64,000 bases of DNA from Vitrella brassicaformis CCMP3155 (GCA_001179505.1 CDMY01000437.1:12385-76384); one strand, 5' to 3'. Shown: positions 25,375 through 40,528, counted from the stretch's first letter. Notes: generated from the letters alone by a model not told the origin. A program made the numbers and translations.

Positions 25375-27522
25375 CGTGTGTGTGTGTGTTGTGTGTCGAT
25401 AGGACACACGAAAGCGTCAAGAGCTTGAGCTCGAGGCCGCCCAGAACGACGTCAAGCTGGCCCAGGCACAGAAGGACGAGCAGCTGCAGAAAACTGAGGA
25501 AAGGTATACTTACACACACACACACACACACACTTGCAGAGGAGAGAGAGGGAGAGACCTGTGTGTGTGTGTGTATGTGTCAGTTTCAAGCAGCGTCTAG
25601 GAGAGATGGAGGCCGCCTTGGGTGAGGTGCAGAAGAAGGCCGACTCTCTGCAAGAGGAGCGCGCGCAGCTCACGGCCAACATAGAGTCAGTGATCGAGCT
25701 GTGAAAAAGACCACCACGCAGACACAGTCACTGTCCATGTGTGTGTGTGTCTGTTTGCCTGCAGGGCGCTTGAGCAGGACAACAGCACCAGGGCGGCACG
25801 AGTGTCGCAGCTAGAGGAGGAGGTCAAGGCCCTCAACGAGAAGCTGGCCGAGCAGCAGGCCGCCGCGGCCACCGAGGAGCAGCAGCCTGCAGAGGCCCAG
25901 CCACAGACAGGTCAGTGACGTGACGACCCCCACTGCACAAGACACACATCATGATGTGGTTGGTCTGCACAGACGCTGAGTTGCTAGAGGCCAACGAGCG
26001 ACTGCAGAAGGAGGTGCAGGCCCTCACTGAGGAGATGGGCAGCAAGACCAAGGAGCTCACCGAGCAGCTCGACGCCAGGCAGCAGGAGCTGGTCAAGCTG
26101 TCGGACGAGCTGCGCGAGGCGCGGAAGGAGATCGAGACGCTCACCGAAAACCGGGCCAGACACGAACAGCAGCAAGAGCAGCTGGAGGAGGTGCAGCGAG
26201 AGCTCACCGACGCCAGACAGACCATAAGCGACGACAAACAGACATACGAGGTCACTCACACCACACCACACCACACCGCTCGAGTCATCCGTCCACCCAA
26301 TCGTCCCTCTCTGTGTCCCTCTCAGGCGGAGATCAAGCGTCTGTCCGGCCGCATAACGGAGCTGGAGCAGGAGCGCGCCACCACCCTGGCAGCAGCGGAG
26401 GGCGAGGGCGACCACGCCCGGCAGCCCGTCGACTCGGCCGAGCTGCAGGAGTACAAGGAGTGTCTGGCGGCGGCCAGCACCCGGTGCGACCAACTCAACA
26501 CCAAAGTGCAGAGCCTCACTACCGACAGGTATGTGGGTGGGCATCAATGCTGCCCAGAGAGAGGTGGACGGACAGATGACCTGGTGTGTGTTCTGATTGT
26601 GTGTGTGTGTCAGGGACACCTGGCAGAAGAAGTACGAGGACCTACTCATGGCCTGCAAGATCAGGTAAGACATACCCCCACCCCCCCCCACACACACGGT
26701 GGGCAGGCAGGGAGAGGGTCACCTGCGTTGCTTCATCCATCCATCCATCCATCCCCCTTTGTCTGTGTCGATTCAGTGGTGGCATCATCAGCGAGGATGC
26801 CTCCCCAGCGGCAGCAGCAACCGCGGCAGCCGCAGCAGCAGCAGGTGGTAGTGCAGAGGGGCCCCTGACAAGCCGACCTGCCGCATCGTCGTTCCTCCAG
26901 GTCGGTCACTCAGGCATTGCGTGGCCTCAGTTGTGATGTTTGTGTGTCCAGCAATACCGGAGTGAGGAAGAGGCGGATAGCCGCGCGACTGAGCTGGCGG
27001 AGGAGACCCGGCGGCAGATAGAGTGGCTGGGGCGGTCGGAGGAGGCACAGCAACCACAGCAACAACAGCAAGAGCAGCCGCAGGTCACTAGTACTGAATA
27101 TGGGAGGGAGGGAGGGAATGACTGACTGCAGTGTGCCTGTTTGTGTCGTGTGTGGCGTATGTGCAGGAGTGGTCTGGGGCGGCTGTGGACGAGCCAATGG
27201 CAGAGGTACACAGCCTCCTACACACACACACACGCCCGCGCGCGATAAGCGGCGGCACACTGATGGATCCTCCCGTCACGTCTTCTGTGTGGCCTTCGTC
27301 CAGGTGGCTGGAGGAGGCCAGTCAACCAAGCGCAAGCGGCCGCTTGGCGAGTCTGAGCCACCTGCTGCAGCAGCAGCTGCTGCTGCTGCAGCTGCCGTGG
27401 CCCCCAGCACTGAGGGCGGCGCTGCTGGCGGTGGTGGTGGGAATGCGGCGGCTAGTGGCACTGGCAGTGTGGGCGAGGCCAAGGCGAAGGCCAAGACGAA
27501 GCGGCGAAAGGTCGATGGGTAG
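20410..27522 (+). CDS. Very large acidic N-terminal / extended coiled-coil protein with basic C-terminal NLS-like motifs
   Basis: ATG at 20410; exon 1 (20410-20779) is Glu-rich; exon 2 (20856-22876, ~670 aa) is Glu/Ala/Pro-rich and then heptad-like. Many short in-phase coiled-coil exons follow to TAG at 27522, with TKRKRP and KAKTKRRK near the end. Not every internal junction was verified. Confidence 0.8.
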
Positions 27523-27864
27523 ACAGAGGCCGATACATAGTCTGTCTTTCGGTCGGTCTGTCTGTCTGCCTGTAGCCGGATGGATGGATGGATGGCGTGT
27601 CTGTCTGTCTGTCTGGACGTAGGTAGCCAGGTTGGTGCGACAGCTGACTGAGCGTTGGTTGGTTGGTTGGTTGGTCCACCCCTTCATTGATTTGGTCGAG
27701 GTCTGATCGACATCAAATTGCGAACATGCCACGCATGACATAAACACACCGACGACACATCGACACGTCTCTCTCTTGGTCGACATAGACGGCCGGCCGG
27801 TCACTGATAAATCGTTGCACCTCCGTGTGTGTGTGTGTGCGACGGCATTCGCTCATTCACTCAT

Positions 27865-28297
27865 TCACACGCCATCAGCGGGCATGGACTGGGTGAGAAG
27901 GGGGTGGCTGGGCTCCTGCAGCAGCTCGTCCATCAGGTCGTCGTCAGCACTCTCGCGCAGCAGCTCAACCATACCCCGCGGCAAAATGGGCGTGTCTGTG
28001 CAGCGCAGCGACAGGGAGCCAGGCCACCAACACACACACAATTCACCACACCACACCCTGGCCGCTTAGCTCTGCTCCCTCCCCTACTCGCATCAGCGGC
28101 CTTCTTCGATCGGTGGCTGAGAGCGACGTAGCGGAAGGGCATGTTGGTGGAGTCATGCGCACCCTGTGTGTGTGACGGAGGGAGGGAAGAGGCACAAGAC
28201 GTGTGTGTGGGGAAGCGAAGCGGCTGGGTGGGCGGCTGACTGACCGTGCGTATGTCAGGGTGGTCCACATACGGGATCTTCTCAAGCGCGACGCCAT

Positions 28298-28341
<44 letters not shown>

Positions 28342-29403
28342 GGCGTCCCACTGCCAGCGTCGCACCCACCCCCACACCTTCAAGAACGATCTTGCACACC
28401 AGCATCGCGGTGTCGGTCGTCATCTGAACATCATGGTGCGCAAACGCCCCTCAATCCGTCCCTCCCACAGGCACCTGCCCACCCACCTGCACACTCCCGA
28501 GGTTTCGTCTGTGAGGGAACCCTACCTTCCGCAGCTCCTGCGTCCGATCGTCCGACGGCACATTGCCTGGGCCAGACATCAATCAATCAATCACACACGG
28601 CACGACAGCAGCAGGCACACCACACAGCCCTGCTGCTCAACTCAGCTCAACTGGCCTGCCTGCCGCCTGTGTCTGTGTGTGGTCACTCACCTAGAATGCC
28701 CCCAAACAGCACCGTGTCGAACAGAGCGGCGTCTGCGGGCGTGAGCGGCTCGGAGGCGTCCATCTGACACACACACGCATACACACAAATGAAATGAAGA
28801 GGCCCGGCCCGGCCGCTCTTGATTGGCGATAGTGTCCTCCTCCTCACATCCATCAGCACAGTGCGCTCTCGCGGGAAGTCTTTCTGGAGATCAGCAATGG
28901 ACTCTGCGGACACACAACAAAGCGGACACAACGAGGGCCCTTTCAGAGGTCTGCCTGCGGAGTCGTGCAGGGCAGGGCGTGGCTATGGGTGGCTGCCTGT
29001 GTAGACGCGCGGCGCAAAGCGGCTGTCCACACAGGCGAAGGACCTGCACTGACACACACACACGCAATGAGGCAGGCAGTCAGTCAGTCAACCAGCGGGT
29101 CGATCAACAGACAGGGATACCCACCTGTCCTCATTTGGCCACTTGGTGAAGGCGAGGCGCTCGTCCTTGACCACCTCGCACATGTGGCCGTACTCCAGCG
29201 CACACCACCGCTGAAATCATGATGCAGTCCAGCCAAACACAGAACAACGTCCGCTCCGATGCTGCTGGTTCGTTCCTTTGTCTCTGCAGCAGTGCGCATC
29301 TGACCGGCACGCCCTCCTCCAGGTGCTCCACCGCATAGATCTTCCCTTTGCCGCCGCCAGCTGCAGCGGCTGCTGCTGCCTTGACATCTGATGAGTCGGC
29401 CAT
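27865..29403 (-). CDS. SFM1: SFM1-like SPOUT-fold SAM-dependent methyltransferase (DUF431)
   Basis: Spliced motifs IYAVEHLEEG..W..LEY, RTVLMD, FDTVLFGGILG, QMTTDTA, IPYVDHP, STNMPFRY and PILPRGMVELL match the order and pattern of yeast Sfm1 as I recall it (YIIEHMEE..W..LEY, FGGILGD, QMTTDTA, EMPFRY, PILPEGM). Confidence 0.88.
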
Positions 29404-29509
29404 CACTCAAGGGCAGCAGTTTCTGTCGCGCACTGCCTGAGGATCCATCTGCACCAATGTGTGCAGGATATCCTGCCTGCGTATTTTTGCCTTCTCCCCT
29501 CGAGGCGCC

Positions 29510-29521
29510 TGCGAGCTAAGC
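29510..29521 (-). promoter_or_regulatory. Candidate promoter motif GCTTAGCTCGCA (reverse orientation)
   Basis: TGCGAGCTAAGC on + in the SFM1/ABCG divergent spacer. Confidence 0.45.
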
Positions 29522-29878
29522 CGCGAAACCTGCACTGAACGACACAAACATCCTTCTGTTCTTTTCTCTTCTCTCTGGGACAGTTGCAGCAGCAGAAAGG
29601 CACGCAAGAAGAGCCGTTCATTGTCCCCTCAACTCAACAACTCACCAACACAACCGCCCAACGTCGGAGGGAGAGACCGACACAACCAACCACACCACCC
29701 ACACCAACGACCCGACCTCTCCTCTGTCTGTCTGTCTGTCCTCTCTGCCTATTTCATCAAGCGAAGGAAGATCCACACACACACGCCTTGTCACTGGTCA
29801 CTGGTCAGTCAGCTCTCGGTCACGGCAACCGAGTGTGTGTGTGGACTGTAACTGAGACTTCGGCGAGGGAGGGAAGGG

Positions 29879-32246
29879 ATGCAGTTCAAGGGCGAGCGGA
29901 AGTACACGCCCGTGTCCATACCAGTGGTCAGTCAGCACAACACACACACGTGCGCAGACCAACGACATGAAGGCTCGCTCGGGCTGTAAGCCTTTCCCTC
30001 TCTGTGTGTGTGTCTTGGCTGTCAGGACATAGAATGGCGTAACCTAGTCTATACGGTCAGGAGCAAAGGTGGCGGCAAGGGCGGCGGCGGCCACCAGGGC
30101 TATAAGAAGAAGAAGGCCGTGGAGACGGAGATCCTTCACGGCATCAATGGCTGCGTCAAGAGCGGCGAGTTCGTCGCCGTCATGGGGCCTTCTGGCAGCG
30201 GCAAGACCAGCCTGCTCAACGCACTCTCCTCGCGCACATCTGTGGGCGTCAGCGGAGACCTCCTGGTAATGGGCTTTCACACACTGATGGATGGATGGAT
30301 CGAGACAATGGCCGGGGTGGGTGCTCTGCTGTGTGTGTCGGGCAGATCAACGGTGAGAATCGGTCCAAGGCTGCCAAGAGGGTCACTGGCTACGTCATGC
30401 AGCGCGACATGTACGTGTGTGTGCACACACACACACAGAGAGAGAGAGAGAGATGATACCCCTGTCTGTCTCTCACACACGGTGCAGATTCTTCGAGTAC
30501 CTGACGGTGTTCGACACGCTGCGGTACACCGCCCTGCTGCGGATGAGCAAGACGCTGACCAAGGAGGAGAAGATCTCGAGGGTTCGCTCCGTCATGGAGC
30601 AGCTGGGACTCACCAAATGCTCGTCAACCATCATCGTAAGGACTCACACGCACACACACACTCGCACCTGTGTTGATGGTGCCAACGGTGTGTGTGTGTG
30701 TCCATCAGGGGAACGCCTTCAACCGTGGGATATCTGGCGGGGAGCTGAAGCGGCTCAACATAGCCAACGAGCTGCTCTTCAACCCCTCACTCCTCATTCT
30801 GGGTGCGCTGCACTGCACCACACTCTCGCACACAGACAGACAGACAGGCAGACAGGCAGACACACAGATGGGCGTCGAATATCTGACTGGTTTGCAGACG
30901 AGCCGACGTCTGGCCTGGACAGCAGCAGCGCACTGGCGCTCACGTCGACCCTCAAAGAGATGGCAGAGAAGGCCAGGAGAACGGTACTCCCAAACCAGAC
31001 CCACACCAAACACACACAAAGCTGCCACCGCACCGTGTGTGTATGTATGTGTGTGTGGTGTGGCTGCAGATCATATGTTCGATTCACCAGCCGTCGAGTC
31101 AGATATTTGCCCAGTTCGACCGGCTCATCCTGATGATGGGCGGCCACATCGTCTACCAGGGCGACGCCCATGCCGCCTACAGCTACTTCAGCTCAATCGG
31201 TACCCTCCCCCCCCCTCCAGCCCTCCCACGCCCCCACCCCACACACACCGACACACACCCTGTAGCAAACCAAACAACCAAGGCGCTTGTGTGTGTGTGT
31301 GTGGATGAGTGCAGGTCACCAGTGCCCCGTCGGCTTCAACATGGCCGACTACCTGATGGACCTGCTCAACGAGCCGCAGCTGCAGGACAAGCTCGTCAAG
31401 GCGTACGCGCAGCGCTGCACCGTCGACGACGAGGGCCGCTACAGCATGACGGGGTGCGTGGCCATCCTCCCCCCCACCGTCAGCACCACCACCAAGCTCG
31501 CCCTCACCCCCACAGCTGCGACAACCGACAAGGGCGCGCTCTCCCCAACGATGGCATCTTCTGACAATGACGCCTCCAAGACCTCACACACAGCAGCAGA
31601 GGACGACTCAGACCTCAGCAACAAGGTCAGACAGAGCCCCACCCACCTCCACCATACCGGACTTTCTCTCTGTCTCTCTCTCTGTCCGTGTGTCAGTCAT
31701 CCGAGTCGCCCGACCAGGGTGAGGAGCTGGCGGGAATGGCTGACCCCGAGCCCGCCTCGCCCGTGCGGCGGCGGAAGTCGTCGCAGCACGATGTCGAGAG
31801 GGGGGACGCCCCCGGGTGCTCATCGCCGATTTCGGCAGCGTCGCCCCGCACGACCTACACGCGTCAGAAGAGCGTCAAGGAGCTGGTGGAGGAGACCACA
31901 CAGACACCGCCGTACTGGGAACTGGTGCGCATTTCCCCCACCCCCCCTCACATACACACACAGACAGAGAGACAGAGAGATGTGTCACCTCTCTCTGCGT
32001 GTGTGTCCGTCACGGTCAGTGTGCGGTTTTGTGGCAGCGGGCCCTGAAGACAGGTTCAGGCGGCGTGCTGACCAAGCTCAACCTCTTTCAGTGCGTCGCC
32101 GTGGCCACCATCTGCGGGCTGCTCTGGTGGCAGAACCTCACAAGCTACACAGAGGCCAAGCTGCAGGACCGCCTGGGCATCCTCTTCTTCATCAAGTAAT
32201 CAAGAGCCCCGACCCCACAGCCCACCCACCACTTGCCCCCTCCCTC

Positions 32247-32277
<31 letters not shown>

Positions 32278-33193
32278 TCTATCACGGCTTCATCCCCATG
32301 TTCTCGGCCCTCACGACCTTCCCCCCCGAGCGCTCGGTGGTGGCCAAGGAGCGCGCCGCCAAGAGCTACCCCATCTCCTCCTACTTCTTGGCTCGGTCCT
32401 TCAGCGACCTGCCCATCCAGCTCGTCTACCCGCTGCTCTTCCTGTGCATCGTGTACCCCATGGTGGGGATGCCGTGGACAGCTGCTGACGTGCTGGTAGG
32501 TGGGATGAGGGTGGGAGAGGAGAGGGCGAGAGGGCGGTTGTTGATGTGTGGACGGACGTGCTGGCTGGTGTGTGTGTGTGTCGTAGGGGACGGTTTGCAC
32601 GCTGCTGGCCAATGTGCTGGTGGCTCACTCTTTTGGGCTGCTGGTGTCGGCTCTCTGCAAGGACTTCCAAACAGGTATGGTGATGCGTGTGGCGCAATCA
32701 TTGCTTCCTTCCCTCCTCCTGTATGTGTGTGTGTGGTGATTGTTTCCTCACCGTCTGTCTGTCTGTCTGTCTGTCTGTGACACTTACACAGGCGCCATAT
32801 CGATGAGCATCCTGATGCTGCTGTTCATGCTGTCTGGCGGCTACTACGTCGACAAGAACAACATCCCCCTCTGGATCTCATGGGTCTCGCGCATCTCATT
32901 CATCGGTCAGCCACACCTTCCCCCCCTCTCCACCCCTCTCCCCCCAACACCCTCTCTCTCTCTCTCTCTGTCTGTCTGTCTGTCTTTCTCTCTCTGTGTG
33001 TGTGTGGCAGACTACACCTTCAACGCCCTTCTCGCGTTGAATTTGGAGCATCGGCGGCTGTCGTGCGCCGAGCTGTCTAGCTTTGAGGTGTGTTCGGCGC
33101 CTGGCGTGAGTGACTTCAGCGGTCGGGAGGTGATGGACGTGTTCGGCCTTTACCTGACCTTTGGGGAGTGCATTGCCGTACTCGCAGGTCAGC

Positions 33194-33226
<33 letters not shown>

Positions 33227-33348
33227 TCAGAGACACACACATGGACGGGGCTGTGTGTGTGTGTGTGTATTGTGTAGGTTTCTTCATCGTGCTGCGGTTC
33301 ACCACCTACCTGGTGCTGCGGTTCGGCAAGCTCCTCAAGCTAGAATGA
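29879..33348 (+). CDS. ABCG: ABCG-family half transporter (NBD then TMD)
   Basis: Walker A GPSGSGKT, signature ISGGELKR, Walker B LLILDEPTSGLD (split by an intron), H-loop SIHQP and CPVGFNMADY. The TMD has DRLGILFF, ERSVVAKER...SYPISSYFLA and multiple hydrophobic helices. TGA at 33348; the start codon is less certain. Confidence 0.95.
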
Positions 33349-34774
33349 GAATGAGACACAGGCGATCCCACTCCCAGAGAGAGAGAGAGAGAGAGGCCTG
33401 TTCTGTGGGTCTGTGCGTAACGCTCTGAGAGCTGGTGGAAGGGGTGCATATGTGTGTGAAGGGGACAAGGGGACAACTTCCTGAAGTTGTCGTGTGCCGC
33501 CTGTCTGTTGTTTGCCGTCGAGTCCCTCTGCTGACGACCTCCGGCCGGGGCAAAACTCTTGGTCCGAAGGTCTCGCGTAGCGGGATTCGACGGAGACAAC
33601 CGACAGAGAGCACGAGACAGATAGAATGGTTTCGTGTGCCGGCTGGATCCGGTCCGTCTGTTTGCTCGTGTGGGGTGCGTGTGTGCGTGTGTCTTCATCT
33701 GCTCAGTGGGCGTGTACCATGGAGGGATGGATGGGGTGCATCGGGAGGGGCCTTCGTTGTTTGTTTTTTGAGGGGCCGAGGGGTTTCTTTCCTTTTCGTT
33801 TTCCTTTCGTTTTGTTTGCCGTCTGTTAACGAACGAAGTGCACATTGTTTTTCTCTGTGCTGCATTATCATGATGTGACAAAACCGTACCACACACCAAG
33901 TCGATCTTTTCTTACGGACCTCTTTCCGTGTGCGTCTCGTCCTGTCTCCCTTCTCATACACAGACAGCCAACACACACAACACAACACAACACAACACCA
34001 GACAGACAGCCACATTTGGCGGCCGGCGGGATGCATATTAGTCAGTCAGTCACTTTGAAAAAATTCGATTTGCTTACTGCCTGCCTCTCTGCTGTCCGTC
34101 CGTGTGATACAGGGAGAGAGGGGGGCGAGTGCCGTCCGTTGCTTTGCTTTCATACCGTTCACACCCACAGCCATCCATAAAGTGCACTGCACTCATCGAG
34201 TCTCTCCATCGCTCTCTGCTCTTTTTGCTTGCGCAGAGGGGGAGGACGGACCGATGAGATGAGGGCAGACACACACAGGCAGTGCAGTGGAGTGAAGTGG
34301 AAGGGTGCACGGTGCACACGGCTCTCTGCGTGCGTGTGCGTGGGTGCCCTTTTCTAGTGGATGGATGGATGGATGGGGATGCACAACACACACAGTTGTG
34401 TGTGTGCAGACACGACTTCATACGGACGGGGGAGCGGACACAGAGAGAGAGCGAGCATATAGAGGAGAGGCTGGCCGCACCACACACACACAAAGCGGGT
34501 GCAGCAGAGAGAGTCAGTGGTGCGAGGGTCCGATCCCCAGTAGTAGTAAGAGTGATTTTTAGTGCCTCCCTCGATGATTCATTAACGCTGCGGCCAGCTG
34601 ATGTTTGTGTGCACGTGCGTTGCCTCTGCTGTCTGTCTGTCTGTCTCCCCATGTGTGAGCGTCCTCGCCTTTAAGCGCCTTCCTTGCTCCTTGTCCATCA
34701 TCTCATCTAGCCTGACCATGGGTGTTTTGTTGGTTCTTTTCCCGTCTGGCTGCCTACGTCGTCGTCGTCACGTG

Positions 34775-34822
<48 letters not shown>

Positions 34823-34825
34823 GGG

Positions 34826-35125
34826 NNNNNNNNNNNNNNNNNNNNNNNNNNNNNNNNNNNNNNNNNNNNNNNNNNNNNNNNNNNNNNNNNNNNNNNNNNN
34901 NNNNNNNNNNNNNNNNNNNNNNNNNNNNNNNNNNNNNNNNNNNNNNNNNNNNNNNNNNNNNNNNNNNNNNNNNNNNNNNNNNNNNNNNNNNNNNNNNNNN
35001 NNNNNNNNNNNNNNNNNNNNNNNNNNNNNNNNNNNNNNNNNNNNNNNNNNNNNNNNNNNNNNNNNNNNNNNNNNNNNNNNNNNNNNNNNNNNNNNNNNNN
35101 NNNNNNNNNNNNNNNNNNNNNNNNN
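34826..35125. other. Assembly gap (300 N) after a poly-G run
   Basis: Run of N. Confidence 0.99.
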
Positions 35126-36356
35126 GAAGGCCTCTCTGTCTGACTGTCTGTCTGTGTGTGAAGGGACCACTGCACCACTGCCGCCACATTTTTGGTCAAA
35201 CAAGGCTGACAGGCTGAGGGGCAGGGAGGGAGGGAGAGAGAGAGAGAGGGCACCTGGGCGTCTATCTACGTGCCTATAGGTACCTTGCTTGTCAGTGGCA
35301 GGGCAGCTGGGCACTCTTGTAGTGAGTGCTGCAAGAGAATGATGAGTTGAGTGATTGCTGACTGAGAGTTTTGTCTTTTTGTTTCCTCTCGAGGGATCCC
35401 ACCACTCATTCGCACATTGAGTGCAGCGCGCCGCGCCCAGTCGACCACACAGCTGCAGATCGGCACACCACACGTGTGTGTGTGTGTGTGTGTATATGCT
35501 GTGTGGCTCTCGACACGGCCCGACCGTGGTGTGAGGTGTTTGTTGTGTATGGTAGCTACTATCGCATCTGTCTGTGTATGTGTGCATTGATTGGGAAGGG
35601 CTGCAGGCCAGCTGAGACTGACCATTGCCCGGCAGCTGGCAGCGACTGAGCGAATGACTGAGGACTGAGTGTGTATCTATGGGATATGCTGTTTTATCTG
35701 TCCGTCTGTCTGTATATCCGTCTGTCTGTCTGTCTGATTGTGGCGCATGACGTGTGTGACGACTGACTGACTGACTGACTGACCAGAGGGCACGAAGAGC
35801 AGCAGACTGGTGCGTGCGTGGCCAAGGGGACTGACTTTATCCGGTGGCCTTTCTCTCTTCGGATCAATAATCCTGATAACGATGCAGCCTCTCGCCGAAC
35901 GATTGCAACACCTTTACGCAGACAGACAGACAGACAGAGAGCTGTCCCCATCAGTCAGTCAGTCAGCGCTATCACGTGTGTGTCAAACCATAGCCAGGCA
36001 GAAACGCATCAGCATCAAACAGACGAGGGATGGCTGGAGGGGTGGGTGACAGGCCAACACAGTCGCTTCGTTCAACAGACGCATGGCAGAAATCTGCCGC
36101 TCATCGAAGGTGAGTCGTGGAGACCAAGCACACACGCAGCCAGGAATCGTGAAAAAACAGACCTGATCAAAATGTCCCTGTGGACAAGAGGCACCCCGCA
36201 CCCTTGAAATCAGTCTGCCCATCTCTTCGTTCACACGAACACGCAGGCACACAGGAAAGAAACAAGCCGCCGCCACCAGCTCGCCTCTCTCTCTCTCGCC
36301 GCTCGCCTCTCTCTCTGCGCGTGTCGGCCGCTGGGTGGATCGGTCTGCTTGTCTAC

Positions 36357-37028
36357 CTACGCCGAAGTGGATTGGTTCTTCTCGATGTAGCTGACGGCGT
36401 CGGCGACGGTGACGATGTTGGTGGCCTCCTCGTCGGGGATCTCAATCCCGAACTTCTCCTCAAAGGCCATGACCAGCTCCACGCTGTCAAGACTGTCGGC
36501 TCCCAGGTCCTGCACACAGACAGACAGACAGACACCCATCACACACAGAGAGAGAGAGAGAGAGAGACAAATCGACTGCATGCCCGTTGGTCATGAGTCA
36601 TGGTTGGTTGTTGTGATGACGTGCGCACCTGCACGAAGTTGGCGGAGTCGGTGACCTTCTCCTTGTCGACGCCAAGCTGCTCCGCCACCAGGTCCTTGAC
36701 ACGCTCAAGCACCTCCGGCTCGGCCCGCAGCACCAGCAGCGACTGATGGGTGGCGGGGCGATACCGCAGACCTCCACGAAGCACCACAGAAGGGGCGGGC
36801 GCCACAAACGCTGCACACACACACACACACACACGCGCAGATCAGGTCACATCAGAGACCGCGCTGGCTGCATGAGCCGCGCATCTATGTCGGCGTGCGT
36901 GTCTTGTCTCCACCTGTGCATCTGATCTGATCTGCCGTCGCGTGCGGGTGTTGAGTGAGCATACCGCTGCTGAGGGTGACGAGTGCAGCGAGCACAGCGC
37001 CGAAGAGGGCGGTCCTTCTGAACATCAT
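36357..37028 (-). CDS. acpP: Plastid-targeted acyl carrier protein (type II FAS)
   Basis: Exons 37028-36965, 36810-36629 and 36509-36357. Contains the phosphopantetheine motif [20 protein letters not shown]. The N-terminus is a signal peptide [22 protein letters not shown] followed by FVAP and a basic transit-like stretch. Confidence 0.95.
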
Positions 37029-37365
37029 GGCGACTCGGCTGCCTTCAGGAAGAGAGTGACGAGGGCTGATGGGAGGAGCGGGTGTGAGCGTCAGCGTCGC
37101 TGTGTTTTACGTCGACCCCAGTGGATTTGATCTCGCAAGCAAAAGCCGGGAACTTCGGCCTTTTCTGGTGCAGAATCAAGCCACACGCGCTGTGCCAGAC
37201 CGCATTGCCAACACGCAATGAGCCCGCGGATCATCCGCTCTCCGCTGCGTTGACCGCCAGCCATTCGGGAAAAAAGCAGCCGCGAGGCGTCCACACGTCG
37301 TCGTTATCGGCCCTCTCTCCCTCCCTCCCTCTGTCTGTCTGTCCGTCGGTCTGTCGGTCGTTTAC

Positions 37366-38329
<964 letters not shown>

Positions 38330-39152
38330 ATAGAGCTCATCCATATGGATGCTGCATGTGTGGCGGCTTGTTTGTCGGTCTTTTGCCGCCCATTGTTTTG
38401 CTACGGGGCAAGGGGATGGGGCTGTGGGGGTGGGGGGGATGATGGGGGCGGGGGAGCCAGAGAGTCCTCCCTGCAGCGTGTGTGTGTGTGTGTGTGTTTA
38501 CATCACCCCGTGTGAGCATGTCATCGACCACGGGGAGACGACGATGCTTTGCTTCTGCACGTCCATCCGTCGTCCGGCTATATGGCTATTTGTGCCTGCC
38601 TGCCTGCCTGGAACAGACGGAACAGCGATGCTTCGTCGCTCTCACCAGTGAGTGACAGACACCCTGGCACAGCTTAGCATAGCTTAGCATAGCATAGCAT
38701 AGCACTGACCCACACGACACATGCCATGCATCCGCCCGTGTGTGTGTGTTTGTACAAACAAACAAACCGATCGCCGTTTTTTGGTCTTCATAACCAACCC
38801 ATTCATTAACCACATAGATGGATAAGCCACAGCACATGGCTGCGTCGCGTCCACACACACACACGCACACGACACGCACACACATCACAGGGACCCAGGG
38901 GCAGACAGTCGGTCGGTCGGTCGGTCGGTCGCAGAAGCATCGACAAGTGAGCAGCAAGGCAAGCAAGGCAGGGAGCGAGGAGGGAAGGGAGGGATCATTC
39001 ATCCCCTCATTACATTATATCCACACACACCATTTCATGAGCATGAGTGAGACCGAACACCAAACGAGTGAGTCAAAACTGGCTGGCTATTCCCTTGCTC
39101 CCTCCCCATCTCACACCCACACCCACCCCACCCACACACGGCCTTTGCTACC

Positions 39153-40497
39153 CTACCCCCCTCTGCTAAGGTCGCCTCCCGGCAGGAAGGAGGCGATCGA
39201 CGGCACAATGAAATCGGGCGCCCGGCTCGCATTCTCAGGGCTGCAGGGCAGTGGAGGCGACATGAATGAATGACACGACAAGAGAGAGGGTCGTTATGGG
39301 GGGTTGGTTGTCTGTCTGGGTGTCCGCTGCATACCTCTCTGCCTGCTGTTTGCTGTTGACGCCCGTCTCCACCATTAGAGTCGCTGCACACACACACACA
39401 GAGAGAGACAGGGAGGGAGGGAGAGGGGTGAGCAGGTTGTGGGGGGGGACACAGCGCAGCAACCGTCTCAGTGGCTTCAATTACCGACCGATGTTGGCCG
39501 TCCGCCCGAACTCTATGTCGGTGAACAGATTGTCACCCACCATGCACAAGCTCTCCCGGGGCATACTGAACCGACTGATCACGCCACACACACACACACA
39601 CACACACACGACACACACAGAATCCATATCCCCCCTGTCCCCCCCACATCCACCCCCACTGGCCACCTGCAGATGTCCTCGATGATGAACGGCCCCGGCT
39701 TGCCGACGATGTAAGGCGGCCTGTCCGCCACGATCTCGAGTGCGCTGACGAAGGTGCCTGCCCCGGGGAGCCTGCGGCCGTTGGCGGGGAAGTGTCTGTC
39801 CTTGTTGGTGACGAGGAAGAGCCGCGATGGGTCGGTGTTGAGGAGCATGCCGGCGTAGGAGATCTTGTAATAGTTGACCTCGTGGTCGAAACCCATCACG
39901 ACGGCGCGAATGCTCTCGTCGAGCTGCCCGCCGCAATGCAATCAACGCACACACCGTGAGTGCATGTGAAGGGACGACCAACTGTCTGTGTGTGGGTGTG
40001 GGGGGGTGAAAAGGGTGTGTGTGTGTGTGGAGGAGGNNNNNNNNNNNNNNNNNNNNNNNNNNNNNNNNNNNNNNNNNNNNNNNNNNNNNNNNNNNNNNNN
40101 NNNNNNNNNNNNNNNNNNNNNNNNNNNNNNNNNNNNNNNNNNNNNNNNNNNNNNNNNNNNNNNNNNNNNNNNNNNNNNNNNNNNNNNNNNNNNNNNNNNN
40201 NNNNNNNNNNNNNNNNNNNNNNNNNNNNNNNNNNNNNNNNNNNNNNNNNNNNNNNNNNNNNNNNNNNNNNNNNNNNNNNNNNNNNNNNNNNNNNNNNNNN
40301 NNNNNNNNNNNNNNNNNNNNNNNNNNNNNNNNNNNNGTGTGTGGAGGAGGGGGGGGGGGTGGGGGGGGTGTTACCTCAACTCTGGCCATGTCGTATGGCA
40401 GTGGGAACTGCCCCGTGTGTGCGCTGTTGTCGAACACGTCTACCCCTTTCGCCCGGATCTCCTCCTTCATCGCGTCCGCACCTATCACATAGCTGTG

Positions 40498-40528
<31 letters not shown>

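Noticed and set aside
35300-36200. Exon-like fragments downstream of ACP (e.g. LCGRLGAARCTQCANEWWDP)
   Set aside because: I could not build a phase-consistent multi-exon model; left unannotated.
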